Below are positions 63,101-64,000 of a DNA stretch of 64,000 bases, one piece after another; position 1 is the first letter of the stretch; each line of letters begins with the position of its first letter. The DNA comes from Phoronis australis. Taxonomy: Eukaryota > Animalia > Phoronida. The position numbers and the translations under genes are program-made. The stretch lies in assembly GCA_002633005.1 (NCBI GenBank), contig NMRA01000599.1, positions 62,001-126,000 of the forward strand, read 5' to 3'. The notes under the pieces were generated by a model, which saw only the letters and a list, made by a program, of their open reading frames with translations, did no database searches and was not told the DNA's origin.

Positions 63101-64000
63101 TAATTTGATTGATTTGAAAATCTATCTAGCATAGTCAGAAAATTTCACCAACAACCACACCAAGAACGGTGGCGGTCCCCTTCAAGGCTTCAAATGAAAC
63201 AATTTTAACTTAAAACTAGCGGTATAAATACTGATTTTGACATGGCCGACCTTGCAATGTACCGGATTTTTACCCACAGCTTCGACATCTTACAATGAGT
63301 CCCAAAATTTAGCATCGGCGTTTCTAAGGAAGAAAAAAGAGTTTATTACAATTACAATAACAGAATTGAAACCTTTTGATAATTGATAGTCGACATCTTT
63401 CGAAAAACGTTGATTTTAACAGGCCTTACTATCCCGTCCACTTACACTGGAAAATCAAGTGAATAGAACCATCACACTTTGTCGACAGGCGTCAAGTGCA
63501 TCCATTGTAGTATTATTATTTTCTCAGAAACTGTGTTTTGGGCGTATGGCCTTATAGTCTTGAAATAAATAAAGATAAGTCTGGTGGGCCAATTTATTGG
63601 TCTACTAAAAATCTCAAATTTTGAGTAATTTGTGAAGCTTTTCACTGAATAAAACCTGCAGCTATCAGATATAAATAATTTTGAAGACCCGGTGGCTGCA
63701 GGAAATGGCGATGGAGAAGCTGCTTCGCCAACGACTAAACTTCCATCCTCTCATATGCGACTTGGAAAAACTGTCACCGTAGATTGACTGAGGTAAAAGT
63801 TTAACATAGACATACGCATTAAAAGGGAACTGTGTTTTATTCTGAATAAAATTTGGATAGTTTTCCATGAGTTGTTGATTAATTTCACAAATAATTCAAC
63901 ATCAAAAAGTTAACTTATATTCTCTAACAAAGCTAAAAAAATACCCTCTTGGAGCGCTGCTTCTCGTGACAAATTTGGCCGGGGCAAAGTCACTGTCCTG

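Overview
AT-rich, intron-rich animal genomic DNA, not prokaryotic; it looks like an invertebrate bilaterian, but the organism cannot be fixed from the sequence alone. There are two N-gaps (12201-12443, 24474-25087) and two single Ns. Three protein-coding genes were reconstructed exon by exon, with splice phases checked by hand. (1) NCAPD2/CAP-D2 (condensin I HEAT subunit), minus strand: 29 visible coding exons at 29437-1001, a 5'UTR exon at ~31338-31400, one GC-AG intron, and probably exon(s) lost in the first gap. (2) A head-to-head POM121-like transmembrane FG nucleoporin, plus strand: 12 exons, 31692-46730, ~1326 aa. It shares a ~250-bp bidirectional CCAAT/CHR/YY1-type promoter with NCAPD2. 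(3) A small TATA-driven minus-strand gene (59753-57121) for a 108-aa secreted precursor with a six-cysteine knottin-like core flanked by dibasic sites, which I do not recognise. The rest is introns and intergenic DNA with MITEs, hairpin-ended repeats, a decayed Ty3/gypsy pol fragment, minisatellites and a likely haplotype-duplication artefact. Main leads: the orphan cystine-knot propeptide, an invertebrate-type POM121 with a possible TM-skipping upstream exon, and recurrent duplication of NCAPD2 splice junctions plus AG|GT recursive-splice-like sites.
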